From positions 6,353-70,352 of the forward strand of contig JAFDIV010000003.1 in the NCBI GenBank assembly GCA_019307815.1: a stretch of 64,000 bases of DNA. The letters are read 5' to 3'. The stretch comes from Deltaproteobacteria bacterium. Its GTDB lineage: Bacteria > Desulfobacterota > DSM-4660 > Desulfatiglandales > Desulfatiglandaceae. Positions 63,846 to 64,000 of the stretch are shown piece after piece (position 1 is the first letter of the stretch; the number at the start of each line of letters is the position of its first letter). The notes under the pieces are model-generated. The model was not told the DNA's origin. It did no database searches and was given only the letters and a program-made list of their open reading frames with translations. The position numbers and the translations under genes are program-made.

Positions 63846-64000
63846 CTATATCTTTCTGATATTGACCATAAAGGCCTTGGTTTCAGGGATCCGGGTATTG
63901 GGATCACCGGTTGATGGGGTGAGCAGGTTGGCCGAGTCTCCCCCGTCCTTTGGATATACCCACCCATAATGCCAGGGCAGACCCACCTGGTGGATGACAT
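63846..64000 (-). CDS. C-terminal end of a molybdopterin oxidoreductase catalytic subunit (probable formate dehydrogenase alpha); partial, continuing beyond the window
   Basis: The minus-strand translation ...VIHQVGLPWHYGWVYPKDGGDSANLLTPSTGDPNTRIPETKAFMVNIRKI* ends at the stop at 63846-63848. The GDPNT.IPE.KAF pattern is typical of FdnG/FdhA C-termini. Confidence 0.6.
   Translation of the reverse strand, partial: VIHQVGLPWHYGWVYPKDGGDSANLLTPSTGDPNTRIPETKAFMVNIRKI

Overview
This is a 64-kb bacterial chromosomal window. The gene content looks like an anaerobe (formate dehydrogenase with FdhE, an HdrD/GlcF-like Fe-S oxidoreductase, LarC, a DUF362 ferredoxin, a PflX-type radical SAM enzyme), but lineage cannot be assigned from sequence alone. 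All calls come from reading the ORF translations and the nucleotides; no searches were run.

The main feature is a roughly 22-kb minus-strand CRISPR-Cas locus at 5.3-27.3 kb. Read 5'->3' on the minus strand, it contains:
- a Cas3 with helicase->HD domain order;
- a complete type III module in the published III-C gene order (cmr1-like, cmr6-like, cas10, cmr4-like, cmr5-like, cas5-group RAMP), with an MNT/HEPN pair translationally coupled between cmr6 and cas10;
- a 117-nt gap;
- a type I set cas8-cas7-cas5, in which cas8 is broken by a -1 frame change;
- a decayed 5' relic of cas6;
- an inverted vapBC cassette;
- an intact cas6, then cas1, cas2 and cas4;
- an AT-rich leader and a 48-repeat array (37-bp repeat, 47 spacers).

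Cas10 keeps an HD motif but has no intact GGDD, and no CARF gene is present in the window. An AbiEii-like nucleotidyltransferase pair flanks the locus.

The rest of the window is mostly housekeeping: tilS, speH, mtnA, ilvE, trxA/trxB, bamD, alaS, recA, thpR, cinA, pgpA, larC, hsp20, two ABC-2 exporter operons, a hybrid PAS histidine kinase and an fdh cluster. A second item worth attention is a promoter-to-terminator cluster of four unannotated small hydrophobic peptide genes at 48.2-49.4 kb. It includes a tandem 39-codon duplicate whose differences are mostly synonymous. I recognised no rRNA or tRNA genes and no transposase.
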